DNA from: Candidatus Nomurabacteria bacterium
GTDB taxonomy: Bacteria; Patescibacteriota; Minisyncoccia; Phycocordibacterales; UBA5272
DNA: 57,397 nucleotides
NCBI GenBank assembly: GCA_003518045.1
Contig: DOZK01000020.1
Span: 19,292 to 76,688 of the forward strand
Direction of reading: 5' to 3'
Part shown: piece by piece, positions 1-8,523 of the stretch
How the letters are laid out: every line of letters starts with the position of its first letter
How positions within the stretch are numbered: position 1 is the stretch's first letter
Made by a program: the position numbers and the translations under genes
Notes under the pieces: model-generated
Told to the model about the DNA's origin: nothing
What the model saw: only the letters and a program-made list of their open reading frames with translations
Databases searched by the model: none

Positions 1-14
1 ACTTTTTGTATCTG

Positions 15-86
15 TGCCCCCGGCAGGAATCGAACCTGCAATAACGGCTTAGAAGTCCGCAGTTATATCCATTTAACTACAGGGGC
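15..86 (-). tRNA. tRNA-Arg (anticodon TCT)
   Basis: Reverse complement folds as a 72-nt cloverleaf: acceptor GCCCCTG/CGGGGGC, T-arm GCAGG-TTCGATT-CCTGC, anticodon loop CT-TCT-AA. One A:G mismatch at the base of the anticodon stem. No encoded CCA. Confidence 0.8.
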
Positions 87-148
87 GTGGTTATATACTA
101 GCAAAAATATAATATATTGCACGCGTTAGCCCTTATTTTCTTTTGTAG

Positions 149-502
149 TTATTTTTTGGTTATTAATTTTACTCCAACATGACAATCTTTCAACAATTCT
201 GTTTTTTCAATACTAGTTGTTATAGAAATAATTTTTTCACTTTGTTTTATTAGTTCAGTATTCACTTTATATACGAGAGCCTCCAGTGTGTCGAAACGAT
301 TTTCTGTGCAAATCTTTATTATCGACTTTCGCATTGTTCCATAACACAAAGAGTCGTCAAAAATATCTTTCTTGGCTAAAATCTTATGAAACCGTGCTAA
401 CACTTCTGTATTTATTAGAAATTCTTGAGGGACAATTTTTTCTTTTTCTCTTAATCCATGAATTGCCCTAATCCTTAAATCTTTTATTAGTAATATGTAC
501 AT
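149..502 (-). CDS. folB: dihydroneopterin aldolase (FolB family)
   Basis: 117 aa. N-terminal pattern IKDLRIRAIHGLREKEKIVPQEFLINTEV followed by DDSLCYG...FDTLEALV matches the FolB layout (I.gl....hG....E....Q.f..d..l......D.l..t.dY). Confidence 0.65.
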   Translation of the reverse strand: MYILLIKDLRIRAIHGLREKEKIVPQEFLINTEVLARFHKILAKKDIFDDSLCYGTMRKSIIKICTENRFDTLEALVYKVNTELIKQSEKIISITTSIEKTELLKDCHVGVKLITKK

Positions 503-1208
503 AATTTATATTTTTTAGATTTGTAAAAAGTGGCTGATACATGTCATCTCGTATATCAATATGAAGCTCCTTCTTATTTATTTTTTCACAAAATTTTATA
601 TCGGTATTTGTTATGACCGCGAGAGGTTTACACTCATTTCCTTCTCCCATAGTAAAGACAGCTCCTGTTGCTAGACTATCTGCTACATCAACTCTTGAGA
701 CTTTAAATTTTCTACCAAAAATATCACGCTTTCCTATATAATCTTTTATCCCACTAAAACCAGCATAACCAAGAGCAACCCCAGTAACACCAGCACGAAG
801 TGGGAGTATGCGACTATCTGTAATAATTATTCCAAGATTTTTTATTTTGTATTTTTCTTGTAATTCTTTACGGATTTTCTTTGCAGAAAGAAAACTATTT
901 TTAGGAAGAAGAATTAATTTTCCATTTGCATTTGACTCATCTATTCCGGCGGAGGCCATTACTACTCCGTCTTTTATTGTGAGCCACGCATAACGCGTCT
1001 TTATAGCAAATTCACTTTCTAATTTAATATATTTTTCTTTTGTTTTTTCGTTTTCTATTATTACAGTTCTGTTTTCTGATAAGGCAACTATTTTGGAGGT
1101 AATTACAATTACAGAATTTTCTTTTACATTTTTTATGTTTTTAATTATGAAGGAAATTAAATTTTCTCCTTCATTAAATATTTTTGTTTTTATTGGTTGT
1201 ATTTTCAT
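468..1208 (-). CDS. F420-0:gamma-glutamyl ligase-like (CofE family) protein
   Basis: 246 aa. ITSKIVALSENR and ASAGIDESNA-type motifs typical of the CofE/FbiB ligase fold. Overlaps the folB start, so probably co-transcribed; a folate-type substrate is possible. Confidence 0.55.
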   Translation of the reverse strand: MKIQPIKTKIFNEGENLISFIIKNIKNVKENSVIVITSKIVALSENRTVIIENEKTKEKYIKLESEFAIKTRYAWLTIKDGVVMASAGIDESNANGKLILLPKNSFLSAKKIRKELQEKYKIKNLGIIITDSRILPLRAGVTGVALGYAGFSGIKDYIGKRDIFGRKFKVSRVDVADSLATGAVFTMGEGNECKPLAVITNTDIKFCEKINKKELHIDIRDDMYQPLFTNLKNINYVHITNKRFKD

Positions 1209-1254
1209 GTGAGGAATGTTAGGGGGTAAATTATAAAACTTTTGTATTTTATCT

Positions 1255-1414
1255 TGTCATACTCGCGAAGGCGGGTATCCAGAGTCTTCTGATTTAAGTA
1301 AGCAGTAACCAGTGGGCAGCCTGCCTCGCCGGCAAGGCGGGTAAGCAGTAATACAAATGCAGACACTGGACCCGCCAGCCGGCGAGGCAGGTTCCCGTTT
1401 TCACGGGAATGACA
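1255..1414. repeat. TGTCA...TGACA multi-hairpin intergenic repeat, long variant (copy 1)
   Basis: Starts TGTCA-[TACTCGC gaag GCGGGTA]-TCCAGAGTC and ends CAGACACTGGA-...-[TTCCCG ttttca CGGGAA]-TGACA. The interior is homologous to 29020-29133 (gtaagcagtaaccagtgggcag ... cagtaatacaaat.cagacactggacccgcc). Confidence 0.8.
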
Positions 1415-1452
1415 TGAGTGCGGGTTTCGTAATTCAAAGTAAGCTTATAAAG

Positions 1453-1485
1453 AAAAAGCGCCGCCCGATAGGGGTGGCGCTTTTT
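1453..1485. terminator. bidirectional intrinsic terminator-like hairpin
   Basis: aaaaaGCGCCGCCCgataGGGGTGGCGCttttt: GC-rich stem flanked by an A-run and a T-run. Confidence 0.6.
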
Positions 1486-1812
1486 AGCACACAAAACCCT
1501 ATCTTTTGCGGAGATAAAGAGTTTTATTAGCAAAACTTGACCAAGTCATTGTATGGGAGTTGTTTAACATAGTTGTATAGTAGCAGAAAAATTAGGGAGG
1601 GGCGAGAGGTGGAAGTTTCTATAAATATAAGGGTCGGTCACCACTTTGGTATTTTATTTCATATCTTCGATACTCATAAAACACTCAAAGTCGCGACCCC
1701 GGGAAAAACCGACAAAAAAGTATTTCAAAAATAATTGAGCCCAATTTTTGAAACACTTTTTCGTAGACCGGTTTTTCGTTCGACCCCTACGAAAAGTGCT
1801 AAAAGCACTTTT

Positions 1813-1882
1813 CTCTATCTCCCACAAATACTAAAAAACACTATCTGCAGATAGTGTTTTTTAGTATTTGTGGGAGATAGAG
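1813..1882. repeat. 70-nt perfect palindrome overlapping the tRNA-Val 3' end
   Basis: ctctatctcccacaaatactaaaaaacactatctg|cagatagtgttttttagtatttgtgggagatagag. The right arm (1871-1882) is the 3' acceptor/T-stem strand of tRNA-Val. The inner part looks like an A/T-flanked terminator. Confidence 0.9.
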
Positions 1883-1943
1883 GGGTCGAACCTCTGACCT
1901 GATGAGTGTAAATCAACTGCTCTACCAACTGAGCTAATCTCCC
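1871..1943 (-). tRNA. tRNA-Val (anticodon TAC)
   Basis: Reverse complement GGGAGATTAGCTCAGTTGGTAGAGC...: acceptor GGGAGAT/ATCTCCC, T-arm AGAGG-TTCGACC-CCTCT, anticodon loop TT-TAC-AC. Confidence 0.85.
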
Positions 1944-1969
1944 TAATATGTGTTATAGTAACCCATATT

Positions 1970-2701
1970 ATGGATTTCCGCAAGATATACGAAGACAACC
2001 ACACTTTAGTCATAGATAAGACTATTGGCATTATGGTGCACCCAGATGAGAGACAGGACGAAAAGACTATCTCTGACTGGTTTAAAGAAAACTACAATGT
2101 TTTAGGTGCGGGAGAGCTTTCGCGTGAAGGTATAGTTCACAGGCTAGACCGTAATACAACGGGAGTGTTAATTCTTGCAAAAGATAAAATTGCCTACACC
2201 TCATACAAGAAACAATTTAAGGATCACACCGCAAGAAAAGTTTATCGAGCAATTGTTGAAGGAAATTTAAAAAATGATATAGGAATGATATCTGCTCCGC
2301 TTGCTCGTGCTAAAAGTGATTTCCGCAGACGCACTATTGTTGATATGTTTTCAGGTGATCAAAGAGGGGAGGAAAGAGAAGCCATTACTCGCTATAAAGT
2401 TTTGTCTCGTTCCAAAACAAAAGACGGCAGATCTTTTACTTATGTTGAGTGCTATCCATTAACCGGACGCACACATCAAATTCGTGCGCACTTTAGAGGT
2501 ATTCGTCATCCAATTATTGGAGACGATTTATATGGTTCGGAAATCGGAAAAGATTTAGCTCCTAGGTCTATGCTTCATGCATATTCATTAACGCTGGATA
2601 TTCCAGGAGAAAAAGAAGGGAAGGTAACAAAAACCTTTATTGCTGATATTCCAGAGGATATGATTGAAGTTTTAAAGCGTCTTCTATTGGATGGAAAATA
2701 A
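1970..2701 (+). CDS. RluA-family pseudouridine synthase (no S4 domain)
   Basis: 243 aa. The catalytic HRLDRNTTGVLILAK motif plus GRTHQIRAH and a RluA/RluD-type C-terminal region. Confidence 0.85.
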   Translation: MDFRKIYEDNHTLVIDKTIGIMVHPDERQDEKTISDWFKENYNVLGAGELSREGIVHRLDRNTTGVLILAKDKIAYTSYKKQFKDHTARKVYRAIVEGNLKNDIGMISAPLARAKSDFRRRTIVDMFSGDQRGEEREAITRYKVLSRSKTKDGRSFTYVECYPLTGRTHQIRAHFRGIRHPIIGDDLYGSEIGKDLAPRSMLHAYSLTLDIPGEKEGKVTKTFIADIPEDMIEVLKRLLLDGK

Positions 2702-2843
2702 ACATGGATTAAACATTAGTTTTTGTATTTATCTAACATCTAAAATCTATTGTCTAATGTCTACCCAAAAGCTGTTGCTTATATAGATTTTTTGTGTTAA
2801 AATACCCCCACTTAGATTACTACATAGAATCTTGTAAGAAATT

Positions 2844-3272
2844 ATGAAAACAACTATTAAGTTAACACCCGTTGATATTGAAGTCCGTAAAGGACTTGAT
2901 TTTGCATCTGGAGACATTGTTCGTGTATGGAATAAAATCAAAGAAGCTGATGGAAAGACAAGACTTCAAGCTTTTGAAGGAATGGTTCTTGCTCGAAAGC
3001 ATGGTACAGAGATAGGTGGGACTTTCACAATTCGTAAAGTTGCGTCAGGTGTTGGAGTGGAACGTGTATTCCCACTTTATTCTGTAATGATTGATAAGAT
3101 TGAATTAGTCCGTCATGCGAAAACTCGTAGAAGTAAACTTTATTATGTTCGCGATAAGGCATTACGTGATGTACGTAGAAAGTTAAAGAAAGATGTTAAA
3201 GTTGTAAAGAAAGGAAGTACAACAACAACCGAAGTAGCTGTAGAAGAAACTCCGGAAGAAGTTACAGCATAG
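2844..3272 (+). CDS. rplS: 50S ribosomal protein L19 with acidic/Thr-rich C-terminal tail
   Basis: GDIVRVWNKIKE...RLQAFEGMVLARKHG...FTIRKVASGVGVERVFPLYS...IELV is the canonical L19 core. Confidence 0.9.
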   Translation: MKTTIKLTPVDIEVRKGLDFASGDIVRVWNKIKEADGKTRLQAFEGMVLARKHGTEIGGTFTIRKVASGVGVERVFPLYSVMIDKIELVRHAKTRRSKLYYVRDKALRDVRRKLKKDVKVVKKGSTTTTEVAVEETPEEVTA

Positions 3273-3281
3273 TAAAAATAA

Positions 3282-3310
3282 AAAGAGCGAGGCCGTAGGC
3301 CTCGCTCTTT
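3282..3310 (+). terminator. intrinsic terminator after rplS
   Basis: AAAGAGCGAGGCC-gta-GGCCTCGCTCTTT followed by agttttt. Confidence 0.75.
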
Positions 3311-3366
3311 AGTTTTTAATTTTTCCGTGTTAGTATTTCAATACCTCATAAGAAATTAAATTAAAT

Positions 3367-3451
3367 GCCCAGGTGGGGAAATTGGTAGACCCATTACCTT
3401 GAGGTGGTAACGTCGAAAGACATGCTGGTTCAAGTCCAGTCCTGGGCACCA
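3367..3451 (+). tRNA. tRNA-Leu (anticodon GAG), CCA encoded
   Basis: Acceptor GCCCAGG/CCTGGGC, anticodon stem-loop TTACC-TTGAGGT-GGTAA, long variable arm, T-loop TTCAAGT, 3' ACCA. Confidence 0.9.
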
Positions 3452-3456
3452 AATTT

Positions 3457-3488
3457 AAAAACACTAAGTCACTCGACTTAGTGTTTTT
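3457..3488 (+). terminator. intrinsic terminator after tRNA-Leu
   Basis: aaaaACACTAAGTC-actc-GACTTAGTGTttttt. Confidence 0.75.
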
Positions 3489-3584
3489 ACATTTTATGCT
3501 CAAATTAAAAGAATTCCTCGCTCTTCAAAAAATATCGAAAATGTGTTAGAGTAAAACCCTAATTCGGAAACGAATTGTGTATAT

Positions 3585-3657
3585 GGTGCCTATAGTGTAA
3601 TGGTTAGCACGCGGGCTTGTGGAGCCCTCAGTTCCGGTTCAAATCCGGATAGGCACA
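3585..3657 (+). tRNA. tRNA-His (anticodon GTG) with candidate extra 5' G(-1)
   Basis: G-GTGCCTA...TAGGCAC-A, anticodon loop TT-GTG-GA, T-arm TCCGG-TTCAAAT-CCGGA. Confidence 0.85.
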
Positions 3658-3712
3658 CACGTATTTTAAGAAAACCCCTTAAGAGGGGTTTTCTTGTGTG
3701 TGCCTATCCGGA
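3644..3712. repeat. compound hairpin pairing the tRNA-His 3' end with its trailer
   Basis: tccggataggcacacac (3644-3660; the last 14 nt of the tRNA plus 3 nt) is perfectly complementary to gtgtgtgcctatccgga (3696-3712). The pair encloses a 12-bp terminator hairpin AAGAAAACCCCT-taag-AGGGGTTTTCTT. Confidence 0.9.
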
Positions 3713-3792
3713 GGAAAAGGGACTGGAATACATAAATTATACCTAAAAATACACATAATTTACGTTTATAATAAATACTTAAAAATTTAGAA

Positions 3793-4080
3793 TTGATATA
3801 CTCTTTAAATATGGAATCCCAAATTAAACAAATACAAGAAGATTTAGAAATAATAAAAAATCGAAACAAAAAAGTCGAGCAGAATAAAGCTTGGGAGACA
3901 AGTTTTTTTCGTAAGATTTCAATAATAGTAATAACTTACATTGTTGCATCCTTAGTTATGTATTTTATCGGAGTTCCAAACTTTTTACTTAATGCCCTCA
4001 TTCCAACTATTGGATTTTTCCTCTCAACCCTCTCATTTTCTTTCTTAAAAAATTGGTGGATAGAAAAATTTGCTAAATAA
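3793..4080 (+). CDS. small membrane protein (hypothetical)
   Basis: 95 aa. Charged coiled N-terminus followed by two hydrophobic segments. The start may be the internal MESQIK. Confidence 0.4.
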   Translation: MIYSLNMESQIKQIQEDLEIIKNRNKKVEQNKAWETSFFRKISIIVITYIVASLVMYFIGVPNFLLNALIPTIGFFLSTLSFSFLKNWWIEKFAK

Positions 4081-4098
4081 GTTTACAATAGTAGACAT

Positions 4099-5352
4099 AT
4101 GTCAAAAAATAAAATACTAAGCATAGCTATTTCCTTACTTGTTATTCCTCAAATTACTTTTGCTGTTTGGTGGAACCCTATTTCTTGGTTTAGTTTTAAT
4201 AAAACAAAACAGACAAAAGAAATTGTAGGAAAATCTGCGGAACAGAGTGGCTTAAATTCAGTAATTACTAAAGCAACTAGCTCTAATTTTTTAGTCGGTA
4301 GTACAAGTAAAGAATCACAAAAAAAGATTTTAGAAGAAGTAAAAAATAAAGAATTAGAATACAAAAAAATTTTAGCCGATAGAAAAAACGCGAAGGAACA
4401 AATAGAAAAAAATACTGAGATTTCTAAAAAAGAAAATACGATCAGTCCAGCACAAAATGAGACAACAAAAAGTAACGGAGTTAATTTAACCATCGTTACA
4501 AACCAAGGTGGAAGTATTTTCTATCCAGAAAATACTATTTTTTGTCATAATCTAGAAACTTGTAAAAAAACTTTCTCCGGGAACAAAAAAATTAATTTAA
4601 AAGCAATCCCTATGGAAGGCTACGCTTTTAAAGAATGGTCAGAAGCTAGTTGTGGTAAGTCTTTAGAATGTATTATTAATACGCTGGAAGATATGACCGT
4701 ATATGCTAGATTTGAAGTTAAGAAACCAATAGAACGTACTGGACGTATCACCTCAATATCTCATCCGTCCGAAACTTGTTATGTAACACTAGGGAGAGAG
4801 AATTGTAATATTCCTTTACGATGGGTAAATAATACAGCCCTCGATATGTTAATTAATCTTGATGGAACAGAATATTACATATCAACAGAGGATAAAAATA
4901 GTTTTCCGTATCCACTGGATGCTGATCCAGTAGAAATTGCTAAAGCAGAAACTGAAAATGCGACAGGCCTTACTTTTCTTACATTAGAACGAGGTACTCA
5001 TAAAATTTCTCTTACTGGTGGCGGAAAGACATTAGATACAGTTAATATAAACGTAGAATGTGCTACTGATACTTCTTGGGATGGTAGAAAGTGTTGGCAA
5101 AAAGGAGCTAATCAACTTTTTATTTTTAGAGAAGAAGGGGTAGTTATTAAATCAGATTTACCAGGTATCAATTGTGGTTATAATCCAGAAAAATGTTTAG
5201 CTGGTTTTGCTTCAGGAAAAATAGTTACATTAAAAGCAATAGTAGCGAAAGGCCGCTCTTTCGGTGAGTGGACAGGGGATTGTTCTGGTAAAGAATTAAC
5301 TTGTACATTGTTGATGGACAAGCAAAAAAATGTCGGGGTTAAAATAAGGTAA
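4099..5352 (+). CDS. secreted/anchored protein with two Cys-containing InlB-B-repeat-like modules
   Basis: N-terminal hydrophobic signal/anchor. Internally duplicated pattern C..(n)C...LKAIP.EGY.F.EWS...CG....C......M.VYA.F (around aa 150-205 and 355-415). Confidence 0.5.
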   Translation: MSKNKILSIAISLLVIPQITFAVWWNPISWFSFNKTKQTKEIVGKSAEQSGLNSVITKATSSNFLVGSTSKESQKKILEEVKNKELEYKKILADRKNAKEQIEKNTEISKKENTISPAQNETTKSNGVNLTIVTNQGGSIFYPENTIFCHNLETCKKTFSGNKKINLKAIPMEGYAFKEWSEASCGKSLECIINTLEDMTVYARFEVKKPIERTGRITSISHPSETCYVTLGRENCNIPLRWVNNTALDMLINLDGTEYYISTEDKNSFPYPLDADPVEIAKAETENATGLTFLTLERGTHKISLTGGGKTLDTVNINVECATDTSWDGRKCWQKGANQLFIFREEGVVIKSDLPGINCGYNPEKCLAGFASGKIVTLKAIVAKGRSFGEWTGDCSGKELTCTLLMDKQKNVGVKIR

Positions 5353-5354
5353 AT

Positions 5355-6002
5355 ATGAAATTAAAATCATTAGCAAAAATAGATTTGCCGAGGGAGAAGC
5401 TTCAGAAGTATGGAGTTAATAAGCTCAAAGACCATGAACTTTTGGCTCTTTTGCTTGGTTCTGGAATTAAAGATACAAATGTATTAGAACTTTCAAAAAA
5501 GATTTTAAAAAATATAGAAAAGGATGGAATTGATAAAATTACTTTAGAAAAACTTTTGGTAATTAAAGGCCTCGGTAAAGCAAAATCCTCACAAATTATT
5601 GCATTATTGGAACTCGGAAAGCGTTTGCATACAGACCGTAATCCCGAAGTATTATCAGCACAAGATGTATGGAATCTATGTGCAGACTTTCGTGAATCAA
5701 AGAAAGAACATTTTGCAGCATTTTTTTTAGATACTCAAAGTCGTCTAATAGAAAGGCAAATTATTTCAATCGGAACTTTAAATACAAGTCTTGTTCACCC
5801 GCGCGAAGTTTTTGAACCAGCTATAAAACTTTCAGCAGCGTCAATAATTATCGCCCACAATCACCCGTCAGGGTCACTTGAACCTTCAAAAGAAGATAAA
5901 AAAGTTACCGAACGACTCAAACAATCAGGGGAATTACTTGGAATTGAAGTCGTTGACCATATTGTTCTTTCAAAATCAGGGTTTTTAAGTATAAAGTCAT
6001 AA
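5355..6002 (+). CDS. radC: RadC-family JAB/MPN domain protein
   Basis: HhH-like N-terminus (ELLALLLGSG, IKGLGKAKSSQI) and the JAMM motif HNHPSGSLEPSKEDKKVTERL. Confidence 0.85.
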   Translation: MKLKSLAKIDLPREKLQKYGVNKLKDHELLALLLGSGIKDTNVLELSKKILKNIEKDGIDKITLEKLLVIKGLGKAKSSQIIALLELGKRLHTDRNPEVLSAQDVWNLCADFRESKKEHFAAFFLDTQSRLIERQIISIGTLNTSLVHPREVFEPAIKLSAASIIIAHNHPSGSLEPSKEDKKVTERLKQSGELLGIEVVDHIVLSKSGFLSIKS

Positions 6003-6084
6003 AATTACATTTAAATTAAACAGTAACAAGTGTGTGTGTCTAAAAATGATTGACATTTAAAATATAGTTTGATAATATGTAATT

Positions 6085-6684
6085 ATGTTTAGAAAAGTTA
6101 AATTACAAGATATTGCTGAGGTATATACAGGATATACCTTTCGTGAAGCCGTTTTGCCTGCATTAAATGGTAATATTTCTGTTTTACAGGCAAAAGATAT
6201 TATTCAAAATGAGTCTATTTTAAACACAAGTGGTCTTACCAAAGTTTCTCTCGAACTATCTCGCAGTAATTCATATGTTTTATATAATGACATTCTTTTA
6301 ATATCTCGCGCTAGAGGTCCTGGAAGTTTTCGGTCAACTATTTTTGAGAGTAAAGAAAAAAACGTAATAGCGTCCTCATCTATTTTTATAATACGCATTA
6401 CAGATAAAATTATTTTACCTAAATACATTTCAATATATTTAAACTCCTCAGATGGGCAGAATGATTTGGTACAATTATTATCAGGTTCATATATAAAAAC
6501 AGTGCCACGAAAAAATTTAGAAGAATTACAGATACCGATACCATCACTCCAAAAACAAAAAATATTTATAGAACTCAATGAAAATATTAAACAACAAGAA
6601 AAGATTTTAGAAAGGAAAAAAGAAATAAAACAAAACATTATTAACACAGCATTCACTAATTTAGTTAGAGAACAAAAGATATGA
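6085..6684 (+). CDS. half-size Type I restriction specificity subunit (single TRD)
   Basis: 199 aa. Starts VKLQDIAEVYTGYTF like an HsdS target-recognition domain and ends in a coiled conserved region (LQKQKIFIELNENIKQQEKILERKKEIK). Confidence 0.65.
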   Translation: MFRKVKLQDIAEVYTGYTFREAVLPALNGNISVLQAKDIIQNESILNTSGLTKVSLELSRSNSYVLYNDILLISRARGPGSFRSTIFESKEKNVIASSSIFIIRITDKIILPKYISIYLNSSDGQNDLVQLLSGSYIKTVPRKNLEELQIPIPSLQKQKIFIELNENIKQQEKILERKKEIKQNIINTAFTNLVREQKI

Positions 6685-7007
6685 AAACAAAAACAGAAAA
6701 CACAATAGCAGAATCGATGAAAGTGGAAATTGCTTTCCCTGAGTGTGTTCATATAGAGCTTGTTCGGGCAAATGATATAAGACATTATGAAATATTTTTG
6801 TGGTTAATTTCTTTGTCTATGTCTGTATCCTCTGGTTTTTGGGTATCTTTTGCCACAACACCTTTTAATAAAGTCTTACTCGCAGTTAGTCTTTCTTTTA
6901 CTTTGTTTACATTAGTTTTTGGAGCTGTAGCTTATTATTATCGTTTAAAGATAAAAGATACGAAACTAAAAAAGATTCTTATATTAGATAATTTTAACAA
7001 TAAATAA
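6681..7007 (+). CDS. small two-TM membrane protein (hypothetical)
   Basis: 108 aa. ATGA start/stop overlap with the preceding gene. Two hydrophobic helices. Confidence 0.4.
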   Translation: MKTKTENTIAESMKVEIAFPECVHIELVRANDIRHYEIFLWLISLSMSVSSGFWVSFATTPFNKVLLAVSLSFTLFTLVFGAVAYYYRLKIKDTKLKKILILDNFNNK

Positions 7008-7010
7008 ACC

Positions 7011-8519
7011 ATGACAAAAAAATACACACAAGAAGATCTGAACAAAATTCTCTGGGGGGCAGCAGATTCTTCTCGCATACAATTAAATGGGGCGGACTAT
7101 ATGAACTACGTATTGCCGATGCTTTTTTTTAAGTATCTCAGTGACAAATCAAAGCAGGAACACGAAGAATATAAAAAACGTTTTGGAAATGATGAGAAAC
7201 GTATTGAAGAAAAAATGAAGCTTAGTCGTTTCTATTTACCACTGAAATCCTCATTTGATTATATTTATTCTATTTTGGAGCAAGATAATTTAGGTGAAGA
7301 AATAAACAAAGCACTTCATCGTATAGAAGATACAAACAAAGAAAAATTAGAAGGTGTATTCAGTGTTGACTTCAACTCTGAATCAACTCTTGGGAAATTA
7401 AATGAGAGAAACAAAATGCTTCGCCACCTCGTGCAGGATTTCACCAAAATTGATTTGTCAGATGTGAGTGATGACATCATTGGTAACTCATATATGTATA
7501 TGATTGAACGCTTTGGAGCTGACGCTGGAAAAAAAGCGGGGGAATTTTTTACGGTAAGAAATGTTGCGAAGCTCGTAGCAAAATTAGCAGAACCAAAACC
7601 AGGAGCTCGTATATGCGACCCATGTTCAGGTTCCGGTGGCCTACTTTTGCTCGCTGGTGAAGAAGTAGAAAAGCAAAGTTCAAAAAATTATGCCCTCTAT
7701 GGACAAGAATCTACTGGTTCAACATATCAACTCGCTCGTATGAATATGTTCCTTCATGATAAAGATTCGGCCCGATTAGAATGGGGAGATACATTAAATA
7801 ATCCGCTTCTTGTAGAGAATGATCATTTAATGAAGTTTGACACTATCGTGAGTAACCCACCGTTCTCTCTTAAAAAATGGGGAGCCGAACAGGCAGAAGG
7901 AGATAAATATAATCGTTTTTGGCGTGGCATTCCACCAAAAGATAAAGGAGACTTTGCTTTTATTACACACATGGTAGAGACTGCAAAAGCAAAGACAGGG
8001 CGTATAGCTGTAATCGTTCCACATGGAGTTTTATTCCGAAGTGGAGCAGAAGGAAAAATTCGTGAGCAATTAATAAAAGAAAATATTATTGATGCAGTCA
8101 TTGGGCTCCCTTCAGGACTATTCCAGACAACTGGTATTCCTGTTGCTATTCTCATCATAGACCGCTCTCGTGAAAAAGGCGGAGAAAACGAAAGCAAGAA
8201 AGATATTTTCTTTGTTGAGGCGTCAAAAGAATTTAAGGCCAACAAAGCACAGAATATTCTTACAGAAGAAAATATTGATAAGATTTATTCTACATACAAG
8301 AATCGTAAGAATGTTGCAAAGTTTGCTCGTAAAGTTGATTTTAAGGAGTTGGAAGAAAATGATTTTAATCTCAATATCACTCGCTATGTAGATACTTTTG
8401 TAGAAGAAGAACCCGTTGATATTAAAGCAAACTTGAAAGAGCTTGCAGAACTTGAGCCAGAGCTTCAAAAGCTAGAAAAGCAAATGGTCGTATATTTAAA
8501 GGAATTAGGAATTAAATGA
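7011..8519 (+). CDS. hsdM: Type I R-M N6-adenine DNA methyltransferase subunit
   Basis: HsdM N-terminal domain (LWGAAD...Y...VLPMLFFKYLSD), SAM motif DPCSGSGGLL and catalytic NPPF (VSNPPFSLKKWG). Confidence 0.92.
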   Translation: MTKKYTQEDLNKILWGAADSSRIQLNGADYMNYVLPMLFFKYLSDKSKQEHEEYKKRFGNDEKRIEEKMKLSRFYLPLKSSFDYIYSILEQDNLGEEINKALHRIEDTNKEKLEGVFSVDFNSESTLGKLNERNKMLRHLVQDFTKIDLSDVSDDIIGNSYMYMIERFGADAGKKAGEFFTVRNVAKLVAKLAEPKPGARICDPCSGSGGLLLLAGEEVEKQSSKNYALYGQESTGSTYQLARMNMFLHDKDSARLEWGDTLNNPLLVENDHLMKFDTIVSNPPFSLKKWGAEQAEGDKYNRFWRGIPPKDKGDFAFITHMVETAKAKTGRIAVIVPHGVLFRSGAEGKIREQLIKENIIDAVIGLPSGLFQTTGIPVAILIIDRSREKGGENESKKDIFFVEASKEFKANKAQNILTEENIDKIYSTYKNRKNVAKFARKVDFKELEENDFNLNITRYVDTFVEEEPVDIKANLKELAELEPELQKLEKQMVVYLKELGIK

Positions 8520-8523
8520 CTAT

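Noticed and set aside
1294-1533. 79-aa minus-strand ORF
   Set aside because: It is encoded entirely by the GC-rich multi-hairpin repeat and the terminator hairpin. The composition-driven open frame has no coding-like features.
1-3720. Integrated prophage or genomic island at the tRNA cluster (suggested by inverted copies of tRNA 3' ends)
   Set aside because: No integrase, recombinase or phage genes flank the tRNAs. The inverted copies sit within 70 nt of the tRNA ends and enclose only terminator hairpins.
6204-6785. 193-aa minus-strand ORF antisense to the half-hsdS gene
   Set aside because: Cys/Phe/Ile-rich low-complexity translation typical of antisense AT-rich DNA. The sense strand has clear HsdS similarity and operon coupling.
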